Source of the DNA: Spirochaetaceae bacterium
Lineage (GTDB): Bacteria; Spirochaetota; Spirochaetia; DSM-2461
Assembly (NCBI GenBank): GCA_965224705.1
Contig: OZ245056.1
Coordinates: 2,176,001-2,240,000 of the forward strand
DNA: 64,000 nucleotides
Direction of reading: 5' to 3'
The notes under the pieces are model-generated. The model searched no databases, was not told the DNA's origin, and saw only the letters and a program-made list of their open reading frames with translations. The number at the start of each line of letters is the position of its first letter. Position 1 is the stretch's first letter. A program made the position numbers and the translations under genes. Positions 21,072 through 31,229 of this stretch are shown piece by piece.

Positions 21072-22525
21072 TATTCCCCTTCAGGGATTGCTTCCTGTTC
21101 CTCATTGCGGAGAATTCGGTATAGAGTGAGATCTCCATTTCCAGAAATACGAGGAACTGGAGATGGATGCATTTCAGACCATTCATCATTGATGGAATCA
21201 TATCCTCCTGGAGACCAGGATTCAATAACGTCGGGATGGATATAGGGTGTTATCTGAGAATTACTGGACTGGGGGGAACCTGTCGATCGGGCAAGCATTC
21301 TTGCCAGTGGATAATTTCTACTACCACGGTTTTTGTAGCCGTTTTCAATACCGGACTGACGGTCTCTGTCAAAGGCGGCGAGACTCCATGCCAGGGCTGT
21401 TCTACCTGATTCATCCTGAGCTGCGGCATTGTTTGCCAGGGGGAGGAGTTTTCTTACGGCAAATGAGTCACTCATCCAGGCGGCAAGCATCAACAGGGTT
21501 ATCCCCTCCCGGCCTTCATCCGGTAGGGGTAATTTGAAGGAAATAAGGCGTTCCAATATGCCGGGATGTCCTGATATAACAGCCCAGTAGTAAGGAGATG
21601 TTTCCAGTGTTTTCTTTTGCAGGACATTGCGTTCAAAGCGGGTTGGATTGACAATCATTTCACTTGTGAGTAGTTGATCAAGTATGGTGATAGTTCCACT
21701 GATTACAGCATAGCTGATTGCATCCACACCGTAGCGGTCAATTCTTCCTGCAGAAGCACCCCGCTGCAGCAGCAGAGTTATCAATGGTTGATGCCCGTAC
21801 CAGGATGCGATCATGAGAGGGGTTATGCCCTGAGAATCGCTTTTATTGGGATCTGCCCGGCGATTGAGAAGACTCACCGCTGTATACCAGTTTCCATCCC
21901 GGACTGCCCTGTGGAGGCCCCATTCTTCCGATACCCAATCCGGTGAATTCACATTGTCTTCGAGCCGGGCCAATCCTCTCCAGATTCGATTATCCAGGGG
22001 GATGCGGCATACGGGGAGATTCAGGGGATTTCCTGTCTCCGGTTCTCCAAGAAGTAATCCATCGGCACCGGCTTCTATCAACCGGCGAGTGATGGAGAAT
22101 TCCCCCCTGTCGATGGCCATGGTCAGGGCAGAGGCCGGTTTGTCAGCCATAACATCTGTAATCACATTGGGGTTGGATCCTGAGTTCAACAGCTGCATAA
22201 GTAAATCTGCCCGACCCATTCTGACCGCTGTCATCAGAGGTGTCAGGCCGCTTCGGCCGATGAGATCTGAGTCTGCTCTGGCCTTCAGTATTCTTTGAAC
22301 CAGTCTGTATTGACCAGATTTTACCGCATATATCAGGGGAGTTTGTCCTGTGGCATCCCTCTGGTCTGGATTGGCACCCGAGAGAATCAGTTCATCAATC
22401 AGGCTGAGATCACCTGCTGAAACAGCCATGGCCAGTTCGCCTGCCTGGGGAATGCTGTTCGCATGGAGCATTATGGAGAGGAGGAAGAAAGTTAAGGTCT
22501 GTATCCTGAAGGAAGGGAACTTCAT
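21071..22525 (-). CDS. exported ankyrin-repeat protein
   Basis: Signal peptide; repeated GxTPLxxA motifs. Confidence 0.85.
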   Translation of the reverse strand: MKFPSFRIQTLTFFLLSIMLHANSIPQAGELAMAVSAGDLSLIDELILSGANPDQRDATGQTPLIYAVKSGQYRLVQRILKARADSDLIGRSGLTPLMTAVRMGRADLLMQLLNSGSNPNVITDVMADKPASALTMAIDRGEFSITRRLIEAGADGLLLGEPETGNPLNLPVCRIPLDNRIWRGLARLEDNVNSPDWVSEEWGLHRAVRDGNWYTAVSLLNRRADPNKSDSQGITPLMIASWYGHQPLITLLLQRGASAGRIDRYGVDAISYAVISGTITILDQLLTSEMIVNPTRFERNVLQKKTLETSPYYWAVISGHPGILERLISFKLPLPDEGREGITLLMLAAWMSDSFAVRKLLPLANNAAAQDESGRTALAWSLAAFDRDRQSGIENGYKNRGSRNYPLARMLARSTGSPQSSNSQITPYIHPDVIESWSPGGYDSINDEWSEMHPSPVPRISGNGDLTLYRILRNEEQEAIPEGE

Positions 22526-22699
22526 TATTGGAGTTATCGGCTGGAATGGGTATTATCCTCAACGGACTTACCTGACTTTCTTAGATAGGATCAATCGTAT
22601 GCTATAAACTCTCCAGGAGTGGACGATAGGAGCAATATCCGGCTGCCGAAAAGTTGAATTATACGTCCTATTAAACTACCAAAGGAAACAGTGAACGGA

Positions 22700-23248
22700 T
22701 TAATCCCTCTGGACCCTGACAATAAGGACCGGCACTTTTGAGTGTTTGGCAACATGAAGTACGGTATCTCCCATCAGGGTCGCTTTGATCAGGCCGTGCC
22801 CATGGGAGGCCATCACAATGAGATCGTAGTGATTCTCTTCAGCTTCCTTTAGAATCTGATCCACCGGGCGGCCCATTCTAACTTCGATACGATAGGTGAT
22901 ATCCGCATTCTCATCTCCAATGAATTCCTGCAAATCTTCATGAAACTGGCTGACACATTCCTTTATGGCAGCATTATCTCTTTTGCGGTTGATCAGAATA
23001 CTTCTTACTTCTTCCAGATTCCGTGTTTTGATCTCGTCCCATAGTTTTTCATCCACATACCCAAAGAGACGGCTGTCCAATTCCATGCCGCCTTCAATAA
23101 CGTGAAAAACAGTGAGTTCAGCTCCATATCGGCGGGCCAGACTTGCTGCGTGATGGAATGCGAAACGGCCACTCTCTGACAGATCTGTTGTATGAAGGAT
23201 TTTCTTATACGCTATCTCCGGTATTCTATTGGGAACTTTTTCTTTCAT
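22700..23248 (-). CDS. universal stress protein
   Basis: KKIL.TTDLS, DLIVMASHG, PVLIV. Confidence 0.9.
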   Translation of the reverse strand: MKEKVPNRIPEIAYKKILHTTDLSESGRFAFHHAASLARRYGAELTVFHVIEGGMELDSRLFGYVDEKLWDEIKTRNLEEVRSILINRKRDNAAIKECVSQFHEDLQEFIGDENADITYRIEVRMGRPVDQILKEAEENHYDLIVMASHGHGLIKATLMGDTVLHVAKHSKVPVLIVRVQRD

Positions 23249-23283
23249 GTTTCTCCTCTTTTATTTATGACCTTCAAATGCAT

Positions 23284-25002
23284 CTAGACAGCTGCGTTCT
23301 TTAACTTCGGTATCCAGATGCCGCTTAACAGCCAACTATATGCATATGTACCAAGAATAATCAATACAAATGCCTTAACGATATCCATTGTGCTGCCATC
23401 CAGCGTGAATCCCGGCACGTAGCCAAAAAGGAAGGCTCCAAGGTATAGAAACTTTGCAAACTTGAATGCCGAAAAAGCTGTCTGCCACATATTGGCCTTG
23501 GCTATTGTTGCGCCCGCAAACGCGGCGATACAAACTGGCGGCGTGATATTGGAATCCTGGGAAAGCCAGTAAACAATCATATGTGCCGCAATCTCATTAA
23601 CCCCCAGATGTGTTAAGGCGGGAACAGCCACAACGGCTGTAATAAGGTAGGCCGCCGTAACGGGCACCCCCATACCCAGCACGAGGGAAACCAGTGCTAT
23701 CAGGAGTATTGTCAGGAAAAGCTTCCCGGCCGCAAGCTCAATAACGATGTCGGCAATGGTCAGCATCAGCCCGCTGTAGGTAAGAACGCCGATGATAATA
23801 CCAATCACCCCAATCGTCGCCCCTATCTTGAGACTGCTCTCTGTGCCGGATCGGGCGGCTTCCAGAAATCCTTTAAGGCCGATCCGTGTGTCTTTCTTAA
23901 ACAAACTGACCACGTAACAGGCAATAATTCCTAATATGGCTGAATAGGCAGGGGAGTAGCCGGCGAGCATGAATGCCGTAATGACAACCAGTGGAAGAAT
24001 GTAGAACCACTCTTTTTTCAGAATTTGAATGGCGCCTACCCCTGATCGTTCACCTGTAATGTTATTCTTTTTCGCATAGAAGTGTACCATCAGATACACG
24101 CTGTAGAAGTACATGACTGCAGGGAAAATAGCAATGAGCATGATTCTTGAGTACGGCATGCCCGTGAGTTCCGCCATGATGAATCCGCCGGCGCCCATAA
24201 TAGGAGGCATGAACATCCCGCCAATAGAAGCGGCCGGTTCAATGCCCCCGGCTATGTGGGGTTTGAATCCCGCCTTCTTCATCATGGGGATGGTAAACGC
24301 TCCGGTGGAAACTGTATTGGCGATCGCACTGCCGGAAATTGATCCAAATAGACCGCTGGCAATGACCGATACTTTGCCGGGGCCGCCGGTTTTATGCCCA
24401 ACTGCCGCAAGGGGATAATCGATGAAAAACTTCTCGGCACCGCACTTTTCCAGGAAAGCTCCAAATATAACAAAGAGAAGTACATAGGTGGCCAATACAT
24501 TGGCCATGATTCCAAATATACCATCACTCTTGTAGAAGATGCTCACACATAATTCCGGAAAAGTATCCCCTGCATGGGAGATTAAATCAGGCATGAATTC
24601 GCCATAAACGCCATACAGAATCAGCGATATTCCCAGGATGACGAATACCAGTCCGACAACTCGTCTTGCCAGCTCAATTCCTATAAGTACGCCGATAACA
24701 GCCATGGCCATGTCTAATTGTGTTTCCGCCCCGGTGCGGTAGTTAATCAATTCAAAATTCAGTATCCAGTAGCCAATGCTGACGATGGAAAGCAAAATCA
24801 GCATGTAGTCAAGAATGCGCATAACAGGTTTTTTTGACCTGTAGAGTAGAAACACAAGTACATAGGTTATAATAACATAGATGCCTCGGTGAAACTGGGT
24901 GGAGGCGGGTTTCAACACTGCCGAGTAGGAATAGAAAAGGACAAGACAGACGGCACATATATCGAAAAAGATCTTCTCAACTTTGTTCAAGTTTTCATAC
25001 AT
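23284..25002 (-). CDS. TAXI-type TRAP transporter fused permease
   Basis: GGPGKVSV, SGSAIANTVSTG.FTIPMMK, MPPIMGA, ITPPV. Confidence 0.92.
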   Translation of the reverse strand: MYENLNKVEKIFFDICAVCLVLFYSYSAVLKPASTQFHRGIYVIITYVLVFLLYRSKKPVMRILDYMLILLSIVSIGYWILNFELINYRTGAETQLDMAMAVIGVLIGIELARRVVGLVFVILGISLILYGVYGEFMPDLISHAGDTFPELCVSIFYKSDGIFGIMANVLATYVLLFVIFGAFLEKCGAEKFFIDYPLAAVGHKTGGPGKVSVIASGLFGSISGSAIANTVSTGAFTIPMMKKAGFKPHIAGGIEPAASIGGMFMPPIMGAGGFIMAELTGMPYSRIMLIAIFPAVMYFYSVYLMVHFYAKKNNITGERSGVGAIQILKKEWFYILPLVVITAFMLAGYSPAYSAILGIIACYVVSLFKKDTRIGLKGFLEAARSGTESSLKIGATIGVIGIIIGVLTYSGLMLTIADIVIELAAGKLFLTILLIALVSLVLGMGVPVTAAYLITAVVAVPALTHLGVNEIAAHMIVYWLSQDSNITPPVCIAAFAGATIAKANMWQTAFSAFKFAKFLYLGAFLFGYVPGFTLDGSTMDIVKAFVLIILGTYAYSWLLSGIWIPKLKNAAV

Positions 25003-25070
25003 ATCTTTCCATACCTCCCGCAGCGTTCAGAGGTGGCAGGCACCACCCCTGAAGTTTAATTCTTACACGG

Positions 25071-26084
25071 CTAAAGTATACCTTTCTCTTTCCAGAATCT
25101 TTCAGCGCCGGGATGAATTGGCGTGACGATACCTTTTACCCCATCTTCGACACTCATTGCAGCGAAGGTCTTTTTCTGACTGACCATGTATGCCAGGCCT
25201 TCATCGGTGAATATCAATGACATGAGTTCATAGACAATGTCTTCCGGTACATCCTTGTTCACAACCCACAGAGTTGAGTCGAAGAAAGACGGGGTCTCGT
25301 AATCGACTCCTTTGTACGTGTCGGCCGGGATTGTAAGCTGTCCGAAATAGGGATATTTATCGAAGTATCCACTGTCCTGTGCATCTCTGCCAAGATCGAT
25401 GAGGGCGATATCAGATGTCTGCGCGGCCATGATAACAGCACCGCTCGGGAATGCTGTGAATAACCAGAATGCGTCCAGCTGATTGTTGCCAAATGCCTGG
25501 GCGGCATCGTTGTACCCCATGGCATTTCTTTCAACACTGTCCCAGATCCCAAGGTGAGTGAAGAACATCTCACAGTTGGCAAATGCTCCGGAACCTGCAT
25601 TCCCGACACCGACTTTTTTGCCGACAAGATCCTTCGTGCTTTCGATCCCCGAATCCTTTTTGACGACAAGTTGGGCCGGGGCACCATAGAGGTAAGAAAC
25701 CGCCATGACATTCTCATACTTGACAGTGTCATTTTTCATCAGTCCATTTCGTCCAAGGTATACATGACCGGAATAGACCACTGAGAAATCATGCTTTCCG
25801 GAATCGGCCTTTCTCAGATTTTCTACCGAACCGGCTGACGACTGAGCTTTAACGGTGAATCCCTCCACATTTTGGACCGGATCGTAGGTCTGTATGGCAT
25901 TGGCAACCACCTGGAAAGTCCCTCCGGCAGGCCCGCCTCCAAACACAATCCTTCTGGCTTCAACTTCCTCCTCCTTCTCGACTGCAGCAGGCTCCGTGTC
26001 TGCTGTTTGACTCTTTTTCGCACATGCTCCGGTCATCATAACCAGAAGCAGAACCATCGCGAAAAACAGGGCCTTCTTCATCAT
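25071..26084 (-). CDS. TAXI family TRAP solute-binding lipoprotein
   Basis: Lipobox-like TGAC, GGPAGGTF, SAGSVEN, PIHPGAERF. Confidence 0.92.
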   Translation of the reverse strand: MMKKALFFAMVLLLVMMTGACAKKSQTADTEPAAVEKEEEVEARRIVFGGGPAGGTFQVVANAIQTYDPVQNVEGFTVKAQSSAGSVENLRKADSGKHDFSVVYSGHVYLGRNGLMKNDTVKYENVMAVSYLYGAPAQLVVKKDSGIESTKDLVGKKVGVGNAGSGAFANCEMFFTHLGIWDSVERNAMGYNDAAQAFGNNQLDAFWLFTAFPSGAVIMAAQTSDIALIDLGRDAQDSGYFDKYPYFGQLTIPADTYKGVDYETPSFFDSTLWVVNKDVPEDIVYELMSLIFTDEGLAYMVSQKKTFAAMSVEDGVKGIVTPIHPGAERFWKEKGIL

Positions 26085-26435
26085 ACGACTACTCCTCCTC
26101 TATTATTGAATCATCTCAATGACCATGAAACATTCCTGGTTCACTGTAAGATTGACTACAATATCTATTCTGGATGTAACTCATGGAAGGGTCAAGGGGC
26201 AGGACAATCGTATCTAATTATATCCTGAAAAAGAATGAAAATAATAATTCTGAGGGTCGTCAGGAAATGCTGGTGTGTCTCGGATTGGGTTAAGAACGAT
26301 TTCACCGCCAGGCATAAAAAGCTGGCAGGGATAATGACTATCTGCTTTCTGTGGATTTTAGATGCGATTACCCTGCATTCGTCTTCTTGCCTCCTCCCAA
26401 AGAATCAAATAAAATGCCCCTTATAAGGAATTTGA

Positions 26436-26548
26436 AGTGTCAGAAAGCTTGTTAAAACAAAGAAATGCCTCTTCAGTACAACTCTGTCAATGGCTTAAAA
26501 CCCTGTAATAACTGGGAATAATTAGAATTTAACAAGCTTTCTGACACT
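26436..26548. mobile_element. MITE family B (113 bp)
   Basis: 21-bp perfect IR AGTGTCAGAAAGCTTGTTAAA / TTTAACAAGCTTTCTGACACT immediately upstream of DGR target 1. Confidence 0.8.
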
Positions 26549-26572
26549 CCGTAAGAAACTGGAGGCCCCGAA

Positions 26573-29500
26573 ATGAAAAAAATTACCCTTCTACTGATGC
26601 TACTAATCATCGCCGTACTAACCCTACCGGCCCAGGAGAAAGTGGCCCTTGTTATCGGCAACAGTGCCTACGAGCACGCGGCCTCGCTTAAAAACCCGTT
26701 AAACGATGCCCAGGACATCGGAGCCACGCTGGAAAATCTGGGCTTCTCGGTTACCCGGGCCCTGGATGCCAGCCGGGGAGAAATCCAGCAGGTGGTGGAC
26801 CGCTTTCAGGAGGCATCTTCCCGAAGGGGAACCAAGGTGGCCCTGTTCTACTACTCCGGCCACGGGGTGGAATACGAGGGAAGCAATTACATAATTCCCG
26901 TGAATGCGGAGATCCGCAACGAGTATGAGCTGGTGGACCAGGCCTTTAGCGCAGACCGGATTGTGAAGGCCATGGACCGGAACCGGGCCGCCTTTAACCT
27001 GGTGATACTGGATGCCTGCCGGGACAATCCATTTTTTTCAAGCCGAAGCGGCAGCCGGGGCCTGGCCTCGATGAGCGGGGGAGGGCGGAGCATGATAGTC
27101 TTTGCCACCAGTCCAGGCCAGGTGGCCGCCGATGGTTCGGGCCGCAACAGTCCGTTTACCAAAGCCTTCATTGAGCATGCCGCCACGCCGGGTTTGGAAG
27201 TCACCGCCATGATGAAGGCCATCAACGGGACGGTGCAGAAACTCACCAGCGGCAGACAGGTGCCCTGGTACACAACATCTTACTCTGAAGACGTGTTTTT
27301 AAGCGCAGCCGAAGAACTGACCGGCGCGGATGGCCTTGTGGGCAGGGTGAACCGGGAAATCGCCGCCCTGGAAGCGGCCATTGCCCAGAGGGAGAAGGCC
27401 ATTGCCTCGGCCCGGACCGAGGCGGAAAAGCGGCTTCTGGAACTGGAACAGCGGCGGGCACGGGCCGAGGAAAGTGCCAAAAGGATGCAGGCCGAACAAC
27501 TGGCGGAAATCGCCCTTCGCGCCAAAGATTTCCTGCAGCAGAAGGAATCGGAAGATGCCCTCCGTGCGTCAATGGAAAAACAGCTCTCCGCCCAGAAAGC
27601 CGCGCTCACCGAGCAGGCAAAGGCACGGCGTGGAGAGCTTCAGAAGCTGAACGAAAAGAATGCAGCGGAGGCGGGAATATGGTTACGGCTTGAAAAAATC
27701 GTCAGTGTAAAAAATGCGATAGCCGAAATAGGCCAACGCTTTGATGCGGCCATTGCCAAAATGGAAAAAGAGGTGAACGCTCTCTACGATCAGCAGAAAA
27801 CGGCGGTGAAGGTCGAAAACCCCAAGGAACCCTTTGAAACCCAGGAAGAATACGAGACCCGTATCCGGGGAATGGAGAGGAGCATCGAAGGCAAAAGAAG
27901 GACCGAATTAAACCGCCGCCGCCGTGAGTTCAACAATACCCGCAGCACGGAGTTGGCGGACTTCCAAAAACAGCTTCCCGAACTCAAAAAAGATCTGGAT
28001 GGCCGCCGGTTTACCCTTGATTTCTCTGCCACGACGGTGGAGGTGTCCCCATTTAATGCCAAAACCAAGCAGTTTCCCATGGAAGTAAGACCGACCGACC
28101 AGCGGTTCAAATTTGCCGTACCGGTGGCCCACACCCTGAAGGCCTCTGGCTTTGAGGCCATGAAGAAGGCATACTATCAGGTGTATCAGGCCGACCAGAC
28201 CGGCGGATTGGCCGGAGAGCTAACCTACACGGCCAAAGAGGCCCATCCCGACATCTGGGTGCTGGAGGCTAACCGGGCCCGGGTGGTGAATCTGCTGGAA
28301 AACGATGCGGAAGTCGTCCGAACGGTGACGCCGGAGGAGCAGATGCTGGTGAGCACGGCCGGGGGCAAGGTAGACACTCTGGCCGCCGCGGTGATGCTGG
28401 AATCGCAGGGTGGACGGGCCAATGTGAGTGTCAACGGCAAACCGGCGGGCACCACGCCGGTGCTCTACACCCTGCCGGACTATGCGGGAACGGTGAAGGT
28501 GGAATACAGCTGGGGTGCATCCCAACGGGTGTTCTCCATCGTCCTGCATTCCGGGTTGAATGCTCCTGCCATTGCCTCCACCCAGAGACTTGAGCGGCGC
28601 TGGGGCAGGGCCGACACCGCCCGGCTGGGGCTGGCCGTAGAGGGCCTGTCCCCGGCCAACAAAAGTAAAACCGAGAATGCTACGCCAAGTTTGAGCTGGA
28701 ATGCCGCCTCTGGGGCGGCGGGTTACCAGGTGCAGATGGCAAGTAGCCGGGGAGGGCTGGAAAAGGCTTCGCCTGTTGGGGTTGCCTCTCGCCGAAGAAG
28801 CCGTGGAGCCTATACCCCTGCGGAACCGCTGAAAAGGAATCAAACCCACTACTGGCGGGTGAGGGCCGTGGATGGAAACGGGCATTTTGGAGCATGGAGT
28901 GCCGTTGAGTCAATCGCCGTCGTGCCAATCGCCGTCGCGTCAATCAATGTACATCCAGTTCCTGTTCCTGATGGCTATGTGCTGGTGGAGGGGGGGACGT
29001 TTCGGATGGGGAGCCCTTCCAGTGAGGATGGCCGAGATGGCGATGAGAAACAGCATAGCGTAACGGTGGGATCGTTTTACATGAAGGCGACCGAGGTAAC
29101 GCAGAAAGAATGGCGGAAGGTGATGTGGAGGAATCCTTCCCGTTTTAGGGGGAATAACCGACCGGTGGAGAATGTGAGCTGGTTTGATGCGGTGAAGTAC
29201 TGCAATGCCCTGAGCAAGAGGGAGGGGCTGACGCCGGTGTACCGGATAAATGGAGATAGTGTAACGGCGAACTGGAGTGCGGACGGGTACCGCTTGCCGA
29301 CGGAGGCAGAGTGGGAATATGCGGCCCGGGGAGGGAGCCAATCACAGGGGTATAAGTATGCGGGAAGTAATAATGTGGATGAAGTGGGTTGGTACGGTGG
29401 TAATTCCGGGAGTAGCCCGGTGAAGGACAAGAAGGCCAATGAGCTGGGGCTGTATGACATGAGTGGGAATGTCTGGGAATGGTGCTGGGACTGGTATGGG

Positions 29501-29677
29501 GATTATTCAAGCGGGAGTCAGAGAGACCCCAGAGGGCCGTCGAGCGGGTCGTACCGGGTGTACCGCGGCGGCAGTTGGTCCGGCAACGGCAGGGACTTGC
29601 GGTCTGCCAATCGCAGCGACTTCTCGCCAGGTAATAGCAGCAGCTATCTGGGCTTCCGCCCCGTTCGGAGGACGTAA
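26573..29677 (+). CDS. DGR target 1: signal peptide + caspase (C14) + coiled coil + PEGA/FN3-like + FGE-sulfatase (CLec fold)
   Basis: ALVIGN..Y, YSGHG, ILDACR; YRLPTEAEWEYAAR, GLYDMSGNVWEW, RGGSW, GFR. Confidence 0.9.
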   Translation: MKKITLLLMLLIIAVLTLPAQEKVALVIGNSAYEHAASLKNPLNDAQDIGATLENLGFSVTRALDASRGEIQQVVDRFQEASSRRGTKVALFYYSGHGVEYEGSNYIIPVNAEIRNEYELVDQAFSADRIVKAMDRNRAAFNLVILDACRDNPFFSSRSGSRGLASMSGGGRSMIVFATSPGQVAADGSGRNSPFTKAFIEHAATPGLEVTAMMKAINGTVQKLTSGRQVPWYTTSYSEDVFLSAAEELTGADGLVGRVNREIAALEAAIAQREKAIASARTEAEKRLLELEQRRARAEESAKRMQAEQLAEIALRAKDFLQQKESEDALRASMEKQLSAQKAALTEQAKARRGELQKLNEKNAAEAGIWLRLEKIVSVKNAIAEIGQRFDAAIAKMEKEVNALYDQQKTAVKVENPKEPFETQEEYETRIRGMERSIEGKRRTELNRRRREFNNTRSTELADFQKQLPELKKDLDGRRFTLDFSATTVEVSPFNAKTKQFPMEVRPTDQRFKFAVPVAHTLKASGFEAMKKAYYQVYQADQTGGLAGELTYTAKEAHPDIWVLEANRARVVNLLENDAEVVRTVTPEEQMLVSTAGGKVDTLAAAVMLESQGGRANVSVNGKPAGTTPVLYTLPDYAGTVKVEYSWGASQRVFSIVLHSGLNAPAIASTQRLERRWGRADTARLGLAVEGLSPANKSKTENATPSLSWNAASGAAGYQVQMASSRGGLEKASPVGVASRRRSRGAYTPAEPLKRNQTHYWRVRAVDGNGHFGAWSAVESIAVVPIAVASINVHPVPVPDGYVLVEGGTFRMGSPSSEDGRDGDEKQHSVTVGSFYMKATEVTQKEWRKVMWRNPSRFRGNNRPVENVSWFDAVKYCNALSKREGLTPVYRINGDSVTANWSADGYRLPTEAEWEYAARGGSQSQGYKYAGSNNVDEVGWYGGNSGSSPVKDKKANELGLYDMSGNVWEWCWDWYGDYSSGSQRDPRGPSSGSYRVYRGGSWSGNGRDLRSANRSDFSPGNSSSYLGFRPVRRT
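29543..29660 (+). repeat. DGR variable region VR1
   Basis: 118-bp ungapped match to TR; 14 of 16 mismatches at TR adenines. Confidence 0.95.
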
Positions 29678-29707
29678 ATTTTTGGTTTTTTACCTTTTTA
29701 CCTTTTG

Positions 29708-29730
29708 CAGAAGCACGGAGTGCTTATCTG
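29708..29730 (+). other. post-VR1 hairpin with GGA loop
   Basis: CAGAAGCAC-GGA-GTGCTTATCTG. Confidence 0.7.
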
Positions 29731-29737
29731 ATGCGCT

Positions 29738-29950
29738 AGCGGCATGGGGGAAGAGGAGCCGATGGCTCAACGTAAAAGCCGCCGTTAGGCGGCATTAATA
29801 AAAACTGCACGGGCGTAAGCCCGTGCTCCCTACCTGCCGGTGCCAGGCCGTTAGGCCCGGTGCCAGCAGGTTTTGTCCGCCATCGGCGGACCGAAATTTC
29901 CCGGGTTTTTGGGGCGTGTTCAATGCTGTTATTGTCACGATTCAATGATA
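29738..29950. repeat. multi-hairpin array, copy A
   Basis: Five consecutive stem-loops; homologous to 33964-34171. Confidence 0.8.
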
Positions 29951-29982
29951 CCAGAAGTCTGTCGGATTTTAAGGCAGCGATG

Positions 29983-30206
29983 CAGGGCAATCGCATCTCA
30001 TACTATCCCCAAAAAATAGAAAACACTGATTCTGGGGGATCGATAGGAAATTTCTCGTGTTTCAAAGAATGTGAAATCTCCTAAAAGCGACACTAAACCA
30101 CAGAGTTACGCAGAGAAAAACCAGGTAAAAGCTTGGTGATTATTAACTAATAAACCCTCTGCGCTCTCTGCGTCCTCTGCGGTTAAAAAACCATGAATAA
30201 GGCTTT
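29983..30206. mobile_element. MITE family C, partial copy
   Basis: Starts CAGGGCAATCGCATCT; homologous to 34664-35060. Confidence 0.7.
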
Positions 30207-30232
30207 CATAACAGGTTTTATTTCTCATCGCT

Positions 30233-30286
30233 AAAAAAGGAAACGGTTCGTAAGCGGCTCGGGCCGGGTGAAACGGGCGACGGCTG
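30233..30286 (+). repeat. degenerate 5' copy of the DGR template repeat
   Basis: AAAAAAGGAAACGG..AAGCGGCTCGGGCCGGGTGAAA aligns with 34349-34404 (TR leader and start). Confidence 0.6.
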
Positions 30287-30338
30287 CGGGTTTCGCCGCA
30301 TCCCGGCACTTAACCGCCTGGCGGGAGAGCCGCCTAAA

Positions 30339-31129
30339 TCACCATGACTTCAGATACCCGTTGGCTACCTCAATATGATCGCCCTGCTGGGTAATAAGAT
30401 AGACACCCGCCTTTTTTGATGATTTGATCAGGGCTTCTCTGGCGACCATTGAAGCAATACCGAAATGGAGGGTGTGGTTACGGTATTGAGTGTATTTATT
30501 TCTAAAAAACTTCGTTTTCCCTCTGGCCAGTTCTTCAACCTGATCCGGATGGGCCTTGTACTTCACTTCCAGAATCATAACATGCGACCCGTTGATGAGC
30601 ATCATATCAAATTCCGGGGACTTATTGGACAGGCGCACATTGCTTTCAATGGAGTCAAATTGAATACCCGCCAGCTTCAATGTTTTGCTTACACTGCTGA
30701 AGAAAAATTCTTCGGCCGATTGTCCGGTGGTAAGGCCAATGGCCGCCAGTTGGGCTCCCACACTGTCCAATTTTCGAGAAGTTTCCTCCATCTGCTTGCT
30801 TGTTTTAGCCTGGAATTGTCGGAGTTTTTCCATCTCCATGTCAAATTTTTTACCGGATTCAGCCTGGGATTGGCGGAGCTGGTCAATCTGTTTGCTGGTT
30901 TCAGCCTGGAATTGTCGGAGTTTTTCCATCTCCATGTCAAACTTTTGGCCGGATTCAGCTGGGATTGTCGGAGTTTTTCCATCTCCATGTCAAACTTCTT
31001 GCCGGATTCGGCCTGGGATTGCCGGAATTTGTCCATTTCCATGTCAAACTTTTTACTGGATTCGGCCTGGGACTGGCGGAGTTTGTCAATTCCCTGGAGA
31101 ATATCCTGCATATTAAGTTCCCTGTCCAT
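30339..31129 (-). pseudogene. coiled-coil repeat + PD-(D/E)XK-like protein, frameshifted
   Basis: 54-bp repeats (QSQAESGKKFDMEMEKLR); 1-bp deletion near 30959; C-terminal EFDMML..ILEVKYK. Confidence 0.75.
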
Positions 31130-31229
31130 GAGAAAAGAATACTGAATGCCGGGGAATAAGTCAAAAGTATTTGTTGCGATTCACTCCGGGTGATGCCTTT
31201 GAATGCTGGAGCACTCAAGAATCCCTTGC

